NCBI GenBank assembly: GCA_044376465.1
Contig: JBILKW010000001.1
Coordinates: 1-29,837, forward strand
From: Sphingobacteriales bacterium
Lineage (GTDB): Bacteria; Bacteroidota; Bacteroidia; Sphingobacteriales; Sphingobacteriaceae
Length of the DNA: 29,837 nucleotides
Reading direction: 5' to 3'
Shown here piece by piece: positions 1 to 10,110 of the stretch. The notes below the pieces were generated by a model, which was not told where the DNA came from, made no database searches, and was given only the letters and a program-made list of their open reading frames with translations. The translations under genes were made by a program, and so were the position numbers. Each line of letters opens with the position of its first letter. The first letter of the stretch is position 1.

Positions 1-426
1 TTGTGTTACGCTCTAAACATACCACTTATAGCTTGTAATAGCTTAGAAACTTTGTATGAACAAGCGAAAATAAATCAACCTCACCATCATCTTTATATTC
101 CATTAATTGATGCACGTAGGATGGAGGTGTATACTTGCAGCTATTCTGAAGCAGGAAATATATTGGAGGAGATAAGAGCTGTAATTGTGGATGAACATAC
201 ATTTTTAGATTCATTAACAAAATCAAAAATTTTATTTTTTGGGGATGGTGCTGCTAAAATAAAGCAGATGTATGCACTACACAAAAATGCAGAGTTTTTA
301 GAAGAGTTGTATCCATCTGCTAAGTTTATGCAAACACAGGCACTCTCCTATTTTGAGCAACAAAGATTTGAAGATGTTGCTTATTTCGAACCCTATTATT
401 TAAAAGAGTTTTATTTCAATACATAA
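1..426 (+). CDS. tsaB: tRNA threonylcarbamoyladenosine biosynthesis protein TsaB, C-terminal part (5' end lies outside the window)
   Basis: Motifs 'CYALNIPLIA..SLE', 'PLIDARRMEVY', 'FFGDGAAK' and the Bacteroidota-type tail 'FEDVAYFEPYYLKEF'. The frame is open from base 1, so the TTG is not the real start. Confidence 0.9.
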   Translation: MCYALNIPLIACNSLETLYEQAKINQPHHHLYIPLIDARRMEVYTCSYSEAGNILEEIRAVIVDEHTFLDSLTKSKILFFGDGAAKIKQMYALHKNAEFLEELYPSAKFMQTQALSYFEQQRFEDVAYFEPYYLKEFYFNT

Positions 427-470
427 AAAAAACCGATTGCATTTTACAACAATCGGTTTTTTTATGTATT
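418..470. terminator. Bidirectional intrinsic terminator between convergent tsaB and the OmpA-domain gene
   Basis: AATACAT-A8-CCGATTG (418-439), 10-nt loop, then CAATCGG-T7-ATGTATT (450-470). The inverted repeat is perfect except for one bulged A and has A/T tracts on both sides. Confidence 0.85.
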
Positions 471-480
471 GGTTTGAGCA

Positions 481-2649
481 TTACTCAAGAATCGTAAATT
501 CTACTCTTCTGTTTTTAGCTTTACCTGCTGCTGTATTATTGTCTGCTATTGGTTTTGTTGGGCCGTATCCCTTAGCAGTAACACGTACTGCATCTACCCC
601 ATTATCTATAAAATATTGTTTAACAGCATCAGCTCTGGTTTGAGATAACTTCATATTTGATGCAGCTTTACCGGCATTGTCAGTATGTCCTTCGATTAAT
701 AATTTGAAAGATGGTTTTTTCAACAATAACTCATTTAACAATTTTAATGATTCGAATGACGATTCTGAGATCACAGATTTACCTATTTCAAAATTTAAAT
801 TAGTAAAGACTTTATTAATTACTTCTTGCTCTTCAACAGTAAGATCCACTTTCTGAGGAATTAAAGGGCAACCGTAGTTCTCAACCGGACCTTCAACATT
901 AGGGCATTTATCATCTTTATCAAAAGTTCCATCGTTGTCGGTATCAGCCCATGGGCAACCTTTATTTTCTATTGGTCCTACAGAATTTATGCAAGAGTCA
1001 ACATCATCAAAAATACCATCGGCATCTGTATCTGGGCACCCACTATTTATGAGTAAACCTGCAAGAGTAGGGCATTTATCATCCTTATCTGGAACACCAT
1101 CAGTATCTGCATCGGGCCATGGACATCCTTTATTTTCTGCGGGGCCAGCAGTCATTGGGCAAGCATCGTCTTTATCTAAGATGCCGTCTTTATCAACATC
1201 TGGCCATGGGCAACCTTTATTTTCTGCAGGGCCACTAAAATAAGGGCAATCGTCTATTACATCTAACACTCCATCCATATCAGAATCTGCTGGCAATGCA
1301 GCCAAGGGTTGAGCCTGTTTACGAGGGCACCTGCCAAAGCCCCAAGCAATACCAAAGTTAAAATCGGCACCTAAGCCTAAGCTAGGCTTCTTTGTATGGT
1401 CTGCTAACTGTTGTGTAACTTGGTATGTATTTAATATTTTTTCTGAACCAAAATACAAATCTAATCCTCTATTTCTCCATAAAAATTGACCACCAATCGA
1501 AGCAAAGCCTCCAGTATTATAACTTCCTAACGCAATGAAATTTATTCTTCTAAATACTCTAATATTGTTAATGAACACTAAATCTAAATTATCAACATAA
1601 ATTGGTTTAGATACAATAATAGTTTGGTGCAACCAATTTGACCAACGATATTGTGCCGAAAACTCTACTCTCGTTTGCAATCTTGATCTGTATGAGCCCG
1701 TAACGGTATCAAATGTAAAAGTTGAAAAATCTTTCAGAATAGAATCTTGTACCGCTGAATCTGCTAATGCCGGAATACCTGTATATCTTACCGTTTTACC
1801 TAATTTGTATGTCTGAGATTGATTGTTCCATGTGATGCCCCCTAAATCTAATACAGCGGCACTAATGGTTAATTTACGGCTAACATCTAATTGCAAACCT
1901 CCAGAAAATGCGAAACCTGTATTTTTCATCACATTGGTTGCAATTTGATCGGTATTATCAGGATCAACAGATGTCCTAATTTCACCATTTACCGTAATAT
2001 CAATTGTATCTCCTTGTGCTGAGGTTGTAAATTTGGTATCTTTTATGTCGAAGTCAACATTTGCAGCTCCTACTAAATAACCTACTTTAAACCCTCCGGA
2101 TAGATTTTTATAGATCTGACGGCGATAACCAAAACCTGTTTCAATATAAGCATTTGCTCCTCCACCTATATCCAAAAACCCATCAATAGATTTACCTCTA
2201 TATGGATAATTCCCCTGGGTAATAAAATTAAAAATACCATTGTTTATATTAAAACCGGCTTCCATTTTTAATTGTGAATACAGGGAAATTTCTCCTCCAT
2301 GCTTTTTACCCGCCCTAAACTTCAACATAAAAATATTGTAGTTTATTCTATTACTAAATGAATTATCAGCCCCATTTTCTAAACTCAATTTAGATAGGTT
2401 CTCACTTGCTAAAAAGGATTTTATGAAATCGTTTGCTTGTCCGGTTATGCTAAAATCAACTCCCATTGATGGGAAAATAAAAAAGTTTGTTGCCCAAGAT
2501 CTACATGAGTCTGTAGTACGATGATGGGGGTTTTGAATTCCATCATACAATGTTCTTGTATAATATAGAGAATACTTTTGTGCACTTACACTAGATGCTA
2601 TTACCAATAATAGCATAGGCAAATATATATATCGAATTTGTCTTTTCAT
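481..2649 (-). CDS. Outer-membrane protein: signal peptide, DUF5723-like beta-barrel, five thrombospondin type-3-like repeats, C-terminal OmpA-like peptidoglycan-binding domain
   Basis: Signal peptide ends VSA-Q. The N-terminal ~440 aa have amphipathic strands ending 'FNFGIAWGFG'. DxDxDG..D.CP repeats follow. OmpA_C motifs 'IEGHTDNAG', 'NMKLSQTRADAVK', 'GYGPTKPIADN', 'KNRRVEF'. The DUF5723 label is by recognition only. Confidence 0.8.
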   Translation of the reverse strand: MKRQIRYIYLPMLLLVIASSVSAQKYSLYYTRTLYDGIQNPHHRTTDSCRSWATNFFIFPSMGVDFSITGQANDFIKSFLASENLSKLSLENGADNSFSNRINYNIFMLKFRAGKKHGGEISLYSQLKMEAGFNINNGIFNFITQGNYPYRGKSIDGFLDIGGGANAYIETGFGYRRQIYKNLSGGFKVGYLVGAANVDFDIKDTKFTTSAQGDTIDITVNGEIRTSVDPDNTDQIATNVMKNTGFAFSGGLQLDVSRKLTISAAVLDLGGITWNNQSQTYKLGKTVRYTGIPALADSAVQDSILKDFSTFTFDTVTGSYRSRLQTRVEFSAQYRWSNWLHQTIIVSKPIYVDNLDLVFINNIRVFRRINFIALGSYNTGGFASIGGQFLWRNRGLDLYFGSEKILNTYQVTQQLADHTKKPSLGLGADFNFGIAWGFGRCPRKQAQPLAALPADSDMDGVLDVIDDCPYFSGPAENKGCPWPDVDKDGILDKDDACPMTAGPAENKGCPWPDADTDGVPDKDDKCPTLAGLLINSGCPDTDADGIFDDVDSCINSVGPIENKGCPWADTDNDGTFDKDDKCPNVEGPVENYGCPLIPQKVDLTVEEQEVINKVFTNLNFEIGKSVISESSFESLKLLNELLLKKPSFKLLIEGHTDNAGKAASNMKLSQTRADAVKQYFIDNGVDAVRVTAKGYGPTKPIADNNTAAGKAKNRRVEFTILE
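865..1287 (-). repeat. Five intragenic TSP3-like Ca-binding repeats (29, 29, 27, 29, 27 aa)
   Basis: Units DSDMDG..GCPWP, DVDKDG..GCPWP, DADTDG..GCP, DTDADG..GCPWA, DTDNDG..GCP total 141 codons. Confidence 0.9.
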
Positions 2650-2678
2650 AAGTAGTCTGATTTGCTATTATTAGTACT

Positions 2679-4322
2679 TTATTTGATTGGTTTAGCGGTT
2701 ACACCTAGCCTAGCTTTTGTATCAAAACCTAATTTGTAATCTGTATAGATTTTAGGACTGATACCTGGTGCAGTGTTTAGCTTAGCTTTTACTCCAAGTT
2801 TTTTGGCAACCTTTATTTTTTCTAATAAATTAGCAGACAAGCCCACGGTAAAAGTTGACTTAGTAGGACTAACAACTTTAATTTCTCCTCCAACTAATCC
2901 TGTAGTGCCAGCAGCCAATCTTATTTGAGCTAATTTAGCAACAGAATCTAATGCTCCATTTAATGCATTTAAATCTAGATCAATTTCATATGGGAAACCA
3001 TTAGAAATGGTAAAGAATAATGTTCCAGTATCTAATCTTGCAATATTGCTATCTAAGTTTGCTTGAGCGAATAAATCGAAATCATAATTTGACTCTAATC
3101 GTAACTGATTAAATGATATTGCAAAGGGAATTGTAGCATCTACGGTTAATTGCAAGTCGCTATTTTGATGAAAAAAATAACCGTAAGGATCTGGATTATT
3201 AAATGTAGTAGCTACCCCAGCAGTAACTTTAATAGTGGTTGGAAAATTAGTTAACACATCAGCTAAATTACTGGTAGATTCATTAATAATCGTTAAATTA
3301 CTTTTAGAATTGGGCTCATTATTAGAGGCAATACTAGATTGTTGGATATTTAAATTTAAAGGGTTTAAGGCAACTTTTGCATTGGTTACTCCATTAGTAG
3401 ATTCTAAGACGATGTTCATCCCTAATGGTATTCCCATCTTACTAATGAAATCTAATTTAACATCAACATCCTCTAGGTTGAGGCTACCAGATTTAATTCC
3501 CTTGTAGGTTTCTTTAGGGACCAATGAAGTGGTATTGCTCGTAGATATTGTTGTAGATAATAATTGTTGTAATATCCCTGATTTACCTTGCCAGAACTTT
3601 AAGTTATAGCTCATAAATTCAACCTGAATAAATCCAGTTCCCCCTCCAGGCCCTACTATTGGAGTACCTGTGGTAGTTGTAAATGCCATAAGCACTTTAC
3701 TGGTATCTAAGCCAGTTTTTCCACTCAAATCCCAAATACAATTTGTTAAGGTAAATTCTTTCTCAAACGGAGTACCTGGTGTTGCCGAAACATTTATTGG
3801 TCCTGAAGAAAAAGAAGTACCGCCAGTGGTTAAACCCGGTATATTTACAATTAAATCATTATAAGCAAAACTGTGTGAGTTTGTTATGATTATTTTGAAA
3901 GTAAGTTCATTAAACGCCAATTTACGAACCATGCTTGTTCCTAAATTTAAGTTGATGTCTAGTAGTTCTTCCGAAGGAAATTGAATGTTTGCTCCTCCAG
4001 CAGAGGTAAATGATAATGTTTTTGGAACCGATGGAAAACCTACTTGTACGATTCTTAAAGCATCCGCCAAAGTTGTAGAATTTAATATTTCCAATGTGTC
4101 CAAAAATCCAACTTTTAAATATCCAGAAGGATCAGTTTTAATAAAACTGGTGTCTCTAACTAAATTTTTTAAGTCTAATTCACCATAAACTAAAGGAATA
4201 ATAAAGTCAGGAGAAAGCGTTGGCTTTGCCAAGTCTTCATCTATTTTACAAGAACTTAAGCTGAAAAAAATTGCCGTAAGTAATAGTAAAATATTCCTAT
4301 TTAGCGATCGTATTAAATACAT
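2679..4322 (-). CDS. Uncharacterised 547-aa lipoprotein, beta-rich, probably surface-exposed
   Basis: Lipobox 'LSSC' followed by K-I-D-E-D (acidic export-signal-like). Rich in T/S/G/N. Ends 29 bp before the DUF5723/OmpA gene on the same strand. Confidence 0.8.
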   Translation of the reverse strand: MYLIRSLNRNILLLLTAIFFSLSSCKIDEDLAKPTLSPDFIIPLVYGELDLKNLVRDTSFIKTDPSGYLKVGFLDTLEILNSTTLADALRIVQVGFPSVPKTLSFTSAGGANIQFPSEELLDINLNLGTSMVRKLAFNELTFKIIITNSHSFAYNDLIVNIPGLTTGGTSFSSGPINVSATPGTPFEKEFTLTNCIWDLSGKTGLDTSKVLMAFTTTTGTPIVGPGGGTGFIQVEFMSYNLKFWQGKSGILQQLLSTTISTSNTTSLVPKETYKGIKSGSLNLEDVDVKLDFISKMGIPLGMNIVLESTNGVTNAKVALNPLNLNIQQSSIASNNEPNSKSNLTIINESTSNLADVLTNFPTTIKVTAGVATTFNNPDPYGYFFHQNSDLQLTVDATIPFAISFNQLRLESNYDFDLFAQANLDSNIARLDTGTLFFTISNGFPYEIDLDLNALNGALDSVAKLAQIRLAAGTTGLVGGEIKVVSPTKSTFTVGLSANLLEKIKVAKKLGVKAKLNTAPGISPKIYTDYKLGFDTKARLGVTAKPIK

Positions 4323-4405
4323 AATTAATAATTTAGTTGTTAGTTATAATGAATAAATATAGCGAAATATTGAATAACAATACAAATATTATATGCTTTG
4401 AATGA

Positions 4406-7087
4406 TTACAGCAAATAATATATAATTCTGCCCTCTTTAGTGCCAATTACCATCTTTTTCAATTCATTGATAACCAAAAAAGAAGGACTTGCAGATGCTT
4501 TTATTGGAAAACCATTCTGCAATTTACCAGTTCGATTAAACAAATACACCTGTTGGGTTTCTTCAGAAAACACCCCAAGTAAATTCTCATTTTGTTTATA
4601 TTCCCATACAAATGGTGGATGTATCACATTAGAATTGAATTGATAAGTAAAGGCTAGAGTCGTATCATCTTGATACACCATTATCTGATTATTATCTACA
4701 AATACATAATCACTTTTTTCATCCCCTGTTACATCTGCGAACCTAAAAAAATGCTTATCTGTTAAATTGACTATGGTCTTATGCAAAAACTTACCATCAA
4801 TAAAAAAACTTTTTATCCTACCTTTTTGATCGGTACTTATAAATCTGTTTTTTGCAAACTCAAGATTTGCATCAAAATAAAATGGATTATGATATTCTGT
4901 ACCAATCGAATCTTTAAACTGCATTTGCATTTCCCCTCTTCTATTATATAAGTAAAAATAGCCTTGGTTATTTGCCACAAATAATAGGTCTTTACCATTT
5001 ACGTTTACATGTTGAACTCTATCCAAAGCCTGGCCAACACGCTTTGGATTCCATCCATCTAAGGGTCTTCCACTAATGTCATAACCATATACACTTTGGT
5101 TGTTACAGGCAATAAAAACTCTGTAATTCCTATCTTTTTCATAATCAAATAAGCTCAATCCACTACCGGCGGTTGCTGCTAATTTAATAGGGTAATTAGG
5201 CATCATTTGCCCACTCAAATTGATTGCATACAGGTAATTTGAGGTATTAAACAGCAATTGCGTTTCCCCATTTTTATAAAAATCAACTACTTCAATTTTT
5301 GAAATAATTTTCTGATTAATATTTTTCTTCCACTTAATTGTAGAACCCTCATCAATTAAATAAATTGTATTGGCATCATCTTGTGCAAATATGTACGTTT
5401 CATTCTTATCTATTGTAGTTATCCATTGAGGAGAATTGCTCAATTCAGTATCTAAAGTAATTTGCCATTTTTGCTCTAGAGAGATTTCATCTTCATCTGT
5501 TTTCAAGGGCATGTATATACTTGATATTAAGCCAACATCTGAACTCGTAACTTGGTAAGAAAAAACAGAGTAATTAGACCAGCCTGTACGGTCTAATAAT
5601 TTATCACTTCCTTTGGATGTTAATAAACTTTTAATACTGTTCTCGTACCCAGATATTCCTGCAAAAAACAAATAATTATATTGATCATTGATTGTACTTA
5701 TGTAATTCTGAAAATTTTGATTATTCTTTAATAATTGATCTGATTGAAAGTCGTTAATGTAATTTTTTAAATCGACTACATTTGCTGCAACAATTAATCG
5801 ATCTTCAATAACGGTGTAATAATTAGATTCTACCTCCTTAAATGGCAAACCCGCTGCCAAAAACATAAATTTCCTAAAAGGAAAACTCTTTATTTCTTGA
5901 CTGTTATACACCTCTATTCTAGGGTTCTTATTTAAACTTCGTAAGTTATCTTCAAATACATTCGCTTGTTTAAGAACCATCATCCCTACGTATCCGGTAT
6001 GTGTAAGGACAGAATAATTTGAATTGTATGATGCTATAAATTCGTCGCCAATTTGCTCGCTAATAAAAGACTTTATGTCTATGGAGTATTTTTTAGCAAT
6101 TAATTTTTGTTCTGCCTCATCTAGATAATCTTGAAGTAGCCTTTGTTGAATCTGCATATCTTTTCTAAACAGAATAGCATCAGACAGAATTAAATTTTGA
6201 AAAGACCAAGTATTATTAGATAAATAATTCAATAAGTAGCTTCTATTTTCAATTTGAGATTCTAGCAGATGAAAGTATTTTTTTTCTGATGCTTCAATTT
6301 CGCCATTTAATATCCAAGCATCCGATTTATAATTAAGCTCAGAAAAAGAATAATCTGCAAATTCTTCAGAAAAATATAATGATTTCTGAAAAGGAAGTTT
6401 AAAATATATGGAGTAAAATTCATTCAGCGAATGGTGGTTTATGTATACACTCAGCAAGGTTTTAGCATTCGCTTGTGTATCTTGCCATTTGTTAAATACT
6501 TGACTGCTTGAGTAAGTAGTGCCATTTGACTTCGCTCGTAATGCATCTTCAATTAATGTAGGGTATTTAGAAAGTAATAAATATGGACTATTATATACAT
6601 AGTAGTAATCTGTTGCCCCGTTTAAATAATGATAAATCGTACTTCCCTCAAAGCTTCTTGCTTTTGCATAAACAACGGGTTGATCATCTATATTAAACAA
6701 TGTTGAGGGTTCATCTATCTCAAAATTGTTCAAACTAGTTAAGTATAAACATCCTGCATTTTTTGAATTTAATTTCTGGCATGCGATGTATATTTCTTGA
6801 GCAATAACACTTTTATGAAGGCTAGAATTATGTTTAAGTAAGGATTCAACCTCGAGACTTTCATCTATAAAAGTCGAAAATAACAGACTTGGTATGTTCT
6901 GATCATTTTTAAAAATATCTTCAAGATCACTTTCGTATTTTAGACTAACCACGAGAGCATTGTTATTAGATATGTAGGAAAATATATCTTTGTTATTATT
7001 AAGTATTATAGAACTACGAAAGTAAAAATAAGCCATTGAAATAATTATCGTTAATAAGGCAGAAATTATCCAAATGGCTTTCTTCAT
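4406..7087 (-). CDS. Large N-terminally membrane-anchored protein, DUF3352-like, with a probable C-terminal beta-propeller
   Basis: 893-aa ORF with one N-terminal hydrophobic segment. The C-terminal third has repeated short strands and FG-GAP-like motifs ('VDFYKNGETQLL', 'ADVTGDEKSDYVF', 'GFPIK'). The domain name is by recognition only. Confidence 0.65.
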   Translation of the reverse strand: MKKAIWIISALLTIIISMAYFYFRSSIILNNNKDIFSYISNNNALVVSLKYESDLEDIFKNDQNIPSLLFSTFIDESLEVESLLKHNSSLHKSVIAQEIYIACQKLNSKNAGCLYLTSLNNFEIDEPSTLFNIDDQPVVYAKARSFEGSTIYHYLNGATDYYYVYNSPYLLLSKYPTLIEDALRAKSNGTTYSSSQVFNKWQDTQANAKTLLSVYINHHSLNEFYSIYFKLPFQKSLYFSEEFADYSFSELNYKSDAWILNGEIEASEKKYFHLLESQIENRSYLLNYLSNNTWSFQNLILSDAILFRKDMQIQQRLLQDYLDEAEQKLIAKKYSIDIKSFISEQIGDEFIASYNSNYSVLTHTGYVGMMVLKQANVFEDNLRSLNKNPRIEVYNSQEIKSFPFRKFMFLAAGLPFKEVESNYYTVIEDRLIVAANVVDLKNYINDFQSDQLLKNNQNFQNYISTINDQYNYLFFAGISGYENSIKSLLTSKGSDKLLDRTGWSNYSVFSYQVTSSDVGLISSIYMPLKTDEDEISLEQKWQITLDTELSNSPQWITTIDKNETYIFAQDDANTIYLIDEGSTIKWKKNINQKIISKIEVVDFYKNGETQLLFNTSNYLYAINLSGQMMPNYPIKLAATAGSGLSLFDYEKDRNYRVFIACNNQSVYGYDISGRPLDGWNPKRVGQALDRVQHVNVNGKDLLFVANNQGYFYLYNRRGEMQMQFKDSIGTEYHNPFYFDANLEFAKNRFISTDQKGRIKSFFIDGKFLHKTIVNLTDKHFFRFADVTGDEKSDYVFVDNNQIMVYQDDTTLAFTYQFNSNVIHPPFVWEYKQNENLLGVFSEETQQVYLFNRTGKLQNGFPIKASASPSFLVINELKKMVIGTKEGRIIYYLL

Positions 7088-7107
7088 TTTATGAGTATTA
7101 ATTCACA

Positions 7108-7115
7108 CAAAAATA
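7108..7115 (-). promoter_or_regulatory. Bacteroidota sigma-70 -7 element (TATTTTTG) for the DUF3352-like gene
   Basis: Exact TAnnTTTG match ending 20 nt upstream of the ATG at 7087. Confidence 0.6.
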
Positions 7116-7197
7116 ATCTGAATAAGTGATACTCCTTCTTTATCAATTAATTCAGTTTTCAACAATTGTGATTCCGAAGATATCATTTTCAAATGAT

Positions 7198-7205
7198 TAT
7201 ATTTG
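7198..7205 (+). promoter_or_regulatory. -7 element (TATATTTG) for the DUF423-priA unit
   Basis: Exact TAnnTTTG match 16 nt upstream of the ATG at 7222, which supports that start over 7126. Confidence 0.6.
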
Positions 7206-7221
7206 TATTATAAAGTTAAAG

Positions 7222-7614
7222 ATGAAAAAATTAGTATTATTAGGCAGTATAATGGCTGCTATGGCTGTTGTTTTTGGTGCCTTCGGTGCACATGCCTTAA
7301 AAGCATTGTTAAGCACTACACAACTGCAAAGTTATGAGACAGGTGTGAAATATCATTTAGTGCATAGTTTAGGAATGATACTCATTGCCATTTTATACCA
7401 TCAAACTAAAATAAAATTATTTAAAACTGCCGGAATGCTAATGTTTATAGGCCTTTTTCTATTTTCTTTTTCTATTTATTTACTTGCAACCAAAGATTTA
7501 TTTGGCATAAGTTCATGGACATTCTTAGGACCTATAACCCCTATGGGTGGTTTGTTATTGATTTCTGCTTGGGTATTAATTTTTATTGGTGCTTTTAACA
7601 TTAAAAATGACTGA
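7222..7614 (+). CDS. DUF423 family small membrane protein (130 aa)
   Basis: 'AVVFGAFGAHALK', 'YETGVKYHLVHSL', 'FSFSIYLLA', 'LGPITPMGGLLLISAW'. Start reassigned to ATG 7222 (MKKLVLL). Confidence 0.9.
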   Translation: MKKLVLLGSIMAAMAVVFGAFGAHALKALLSTTQLQSYETGVKYHLVHSLGMILIAILYHQTKIKLFKTAGMLMFIGLFLFSFSIYLLATKDLFGISSWTFLGPITPMGGLLLISAWVLIFIGAFNIKND

Positions 7615-10078
7615 GTTAAGTTTTTCAAAGTACGATGCTTATGCTGATGTAATTTTACCATTAGCCTTACCCCAAAGTTTCACGTATAGGGTGAGTATCG
7701 AAGCTATTGAAAGAATTAAAATAGGCTCAAGAGTAATTGTACCCTTTCAAGGAAACCGTCTGTACACAGCCATTGTTGAGCGAATACATACAAATGCACC
7801 ACAACACTATACGGCAAAATATATTTTAAATGTATTAGACGATGAGCCAATTTTACATTCTAAACAATTAGAACTGTGGAATTGGATTGCTAAGTATTAT
7901 GCTTGCCACGTTGGTGAAGTAATGAATGCAGCCTTACCAAGCGCTTTAAAATTAACAAGTGAAACAAAAGTTGTAATTAATAAACAAGTAGAATTTGATA
8001 TAGATGAACTACATGACAAAGAATATTTACTTATTGAGGCCATCCAAATTCAAGGTTCTATTACTATACAAGACATTCAAAAAATACTCGATCAGAAAAC
8101 AGTGATGCCCCTAATCAAACAAATGATTCAAAAAGGGTATATCTATTTAGAAGAAGAAATACAAGAAAAATACAAAGCCAAAACGCTTAAACACATAGTA
8201 CTCAAACCTTTGTATTTAGAGGAAAGAATGATAAAAATTCTGTTCGAAGAATTAGAGAAAAGGCCGAAGCAAATTGAAGTTTTGCAAGCGTATTTGAGAC
8301 TAAAAAAAGAACATGAATTTGTAAGCCCCAAATTAATTACTGATTTAGGGGCAAGTGCTTCTGCATTGCAAACTCTAATTAAAAATGAGGTATTCGACTT
8401 AGAAGAAACGGAAATTAGCAGAATAGAGAGGAGCATTATTGAGGAACAAAATGCATTTATTTTAAACAACGAGCAACAAGATGCATTAGTAGAAATTAAA
8501 GAAGCCTTTGAGTTGCGAATGCCTGTTTTGCTATATGGCATTACTTCATCTGGCAAAACAATTGTGTTTATAGAGCTTATTAAAGAGCAGTTGTTAAAAG
8601 GGAAACAGGTTTTAATTTTAGTTCCAGAAATTGGCTTAACCGCTCAGCTTATAGAGCGCTATAAAAAACATTTTGAAGAAGAAATTGGGGTTTATCACTC
8701 CCGCTATACCGAGAACCAACGTGCAGAAGTTTGGCAACAAACCTTAAAAGGAAACTTTAAAATAATTTTAGGAACCAGGTCTTCCATTTTTTTACCTTTT
8801 GAAAACCTAGGATTAATTATTGTAGATGAAGAACACGACCCATCTTACAAACAAAACGAACCAAACCCAAGGTACAATGCCCGCGATGTGTCTATTTATT
8901 TGGCACACCATTATACAGCAAATGTAATACTTGGATCGGCTACACCGTCTATAGAATCTTACTACAATAGCATTCAAAAAAAATACAGACTAGTAGAATT
9001 AAAAAACAGATTTGGTGCTGCTCAATTACCTGAAACAACTATTGTTACCTTACAAAACGATTTAGAGAAGGACTCCTCTCAACAATTATTTGGAAAAACA
9101 TTGTTGCATGAGATAGAGCTGAGATTGGCTAAAAAAGAGCAAGTAATATTGTTTCAAAACAGAAGAGGATATGCTCCATTTTTACATTGCTACCAGTGCG
9201 GACACAGTCCACAATGCACGCAATGCGATGTGAGTTTAACCTACCACAAATGGAAAAACGAACTCCGTTGCCATTACTGTGGTTACCATACACCGGTTAT
9301 AAAAGCATGCCCTAGTTGTGGTTCCGCTCATTTACAAATGATGGGTTTGGGTACGGAAAAAATTGAAGAAGAATTACAAGTATATTTTCCGGAAGCACGC
9401 ATTGCTAGAATGGATTTAGATACTACTCGTAAGAAAAACACCTTACAAGAGTTAATAAACGATTTTGAAAACGGGGAAATAGATATTTTGGTGGGCACAC
9501 AAATGGTTACAAAAGGATTAGATTTTGAAAAGGTAACTTTAGTGGGCATTATACAAGCAGATAGTTTAATTAATCACCCAGATTTCAGATCACATGAGCG
9601 TGCCTTTCAATTAATAGAACAAGTGAGCGGCAGAGCTGGCAGAAGAACTGAACGAGGGAAAGTTATCATACAAACTAGTAAACCTGATCATCCAATTTTA
9701 CAATTAGCTTCAAGGCATGATTATGATAGTTTCCTTCGGCAGCAGCTTACAGAACGTAAACAATTTTATTATCCACCTTTTGTACGCTTAATAGAAATTA
9801 CCTTAAAACATAAAGACTCACATAAAGTACAAAGAGCAGCACAACTTTTAGCTAAAGAGTATATACAACTGTTTACAGCAAAAAGTGTACTCGGGCCAGA
9901 ATTCCCAGTAATAAGTAAAGTACGCAATCAATACATTCAAAAAATAGTATTAAAATTAGATCGCCTAACACTAAACCTAGAAAAAAGCAAAGAAATTGTT
10001 CGAGTTAAAATTACTGAACTTAAAAGCAATAAAGAATTTAGTGCATGCACAGTGTTGATTGACGTAGACCCAATCTAG
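7607..10078 (+). CDS. priA: Primosomal protein N' (replication restart helicase)
   Basis: Walker A 'GITSSGKT', 'IVDEEHD', 'LGSATPS', two Cys-cluster Zn sites (CYQC..CTQC, CHYC..CPSC), 'GTQMVTKGLDF', 'QVSGRAGR', terminal 'DVDP'. The ATG at 7607 overlaps the DUF423 stop. Confidence 0.97.
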   Translation: MTELSFSKYDAYADVILPLALPQSFTYRVSIEAIERIKIGSRVIVPFQGNRLYTAIVERIHTNAPQHYTAKYILNVLDDEPILHSKQLELWNWIAKYYACHVGEVMNAALPSALKLTSETKVVINKQVEFDIDELHDKEYLLIEAIQIQGSITIQDIQKILDQKTVMPLIKQMIQKGYIYLEEEIQEKYKAKTLKHIVLKPLYLEERMIKILFEELEKRPKQIEVLQAYLRLKKEHEFVSPKLITDLGASASALQTLIKNEVFDLEETEISRIERSIIEEQNAFILNNEQQDALVEIKEAFELRMPVLLYGITSSGKTIVFIELIKEQLLKGKQVLILVPEIGLTAQLIERYKKHFEEEIGVYHSRYTENQRAEVWQQTLKGNFKIILGTRSSIFLPFENLGLIIVDEEHDPSYKQNEPNPRYNARDVSIYLAHHYTANVILGSATPSIESYYNSIQKKYRLVELKNRFGAAQLPETTIVTLQNDLEKDSSQQLFGKTLLHEIELRLAKKEQVILFQNRRGYAPFLHCYQCGHSPQCTQCDVSLTYHKWKNELRCHYCGYHTPVIKACPSCGSAHLQMMGLGTEKIEEELQVYFPEARIARMDLDTTRKKNTLQELINDFENGEIDILVGTQMVTKGLDFEKVTLVGIIQADSLINHPDFRSHERAFQLIEQVSGRAGRRTERGKVIIQTSKPDHPILQLASRHDYDSFLRQQLTERKQFYYPPFVRLIEITLKHKDSHKVQRAAQLLAKEYIQLFTAKSVLGPEFPVISKVRNQYIQKIVLKLDRLTLNLEKSKEIVRVKITELKSNKEFSACTVLIDVDPI

Positions 10079-10109
10079 TGTGCTAGCATACTAACACACT
10101 AGCACACTA
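10075..10109. repeat. Octamer array with inverted arms at the priA / sugar transferase convergent junction
   Basis: In-phase units CTAGTGTG, CTAGCATA, CTAACACA, CTAGCACA. TAGTGTGCTAG (10076-10086) and CTAGCACACTA (10099-10109) are perfect inverted repeats. Confidence 0.8.
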
Positions 10110-10110
10110 C

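Noticed and set aside
935-1243. 102-aa antisense ORF with internal repeats (GHGQPLFS)
   Set aside because: It is the shadow of the TSP3 repeats on the opposite strand.
7126-7221. ORF-track N-terminal extensions (DUF423 from 7126, priA 7586, ung 18131, proline dehydrogenase 22064, E1 29178)
   Set aside because: The extensions have no family-like sequence and run through -7 promoter elements or neighbouring genes. Downstream ATGs fit better.
8536-8559. PriA Walker A 'GITSSGKT' as a defective ATPase site
   Set aside because: The GKT core is intact, and the Ser variant is, to my knowledge, usual in Bacteroidota PriA. All other helicase motifs are present.
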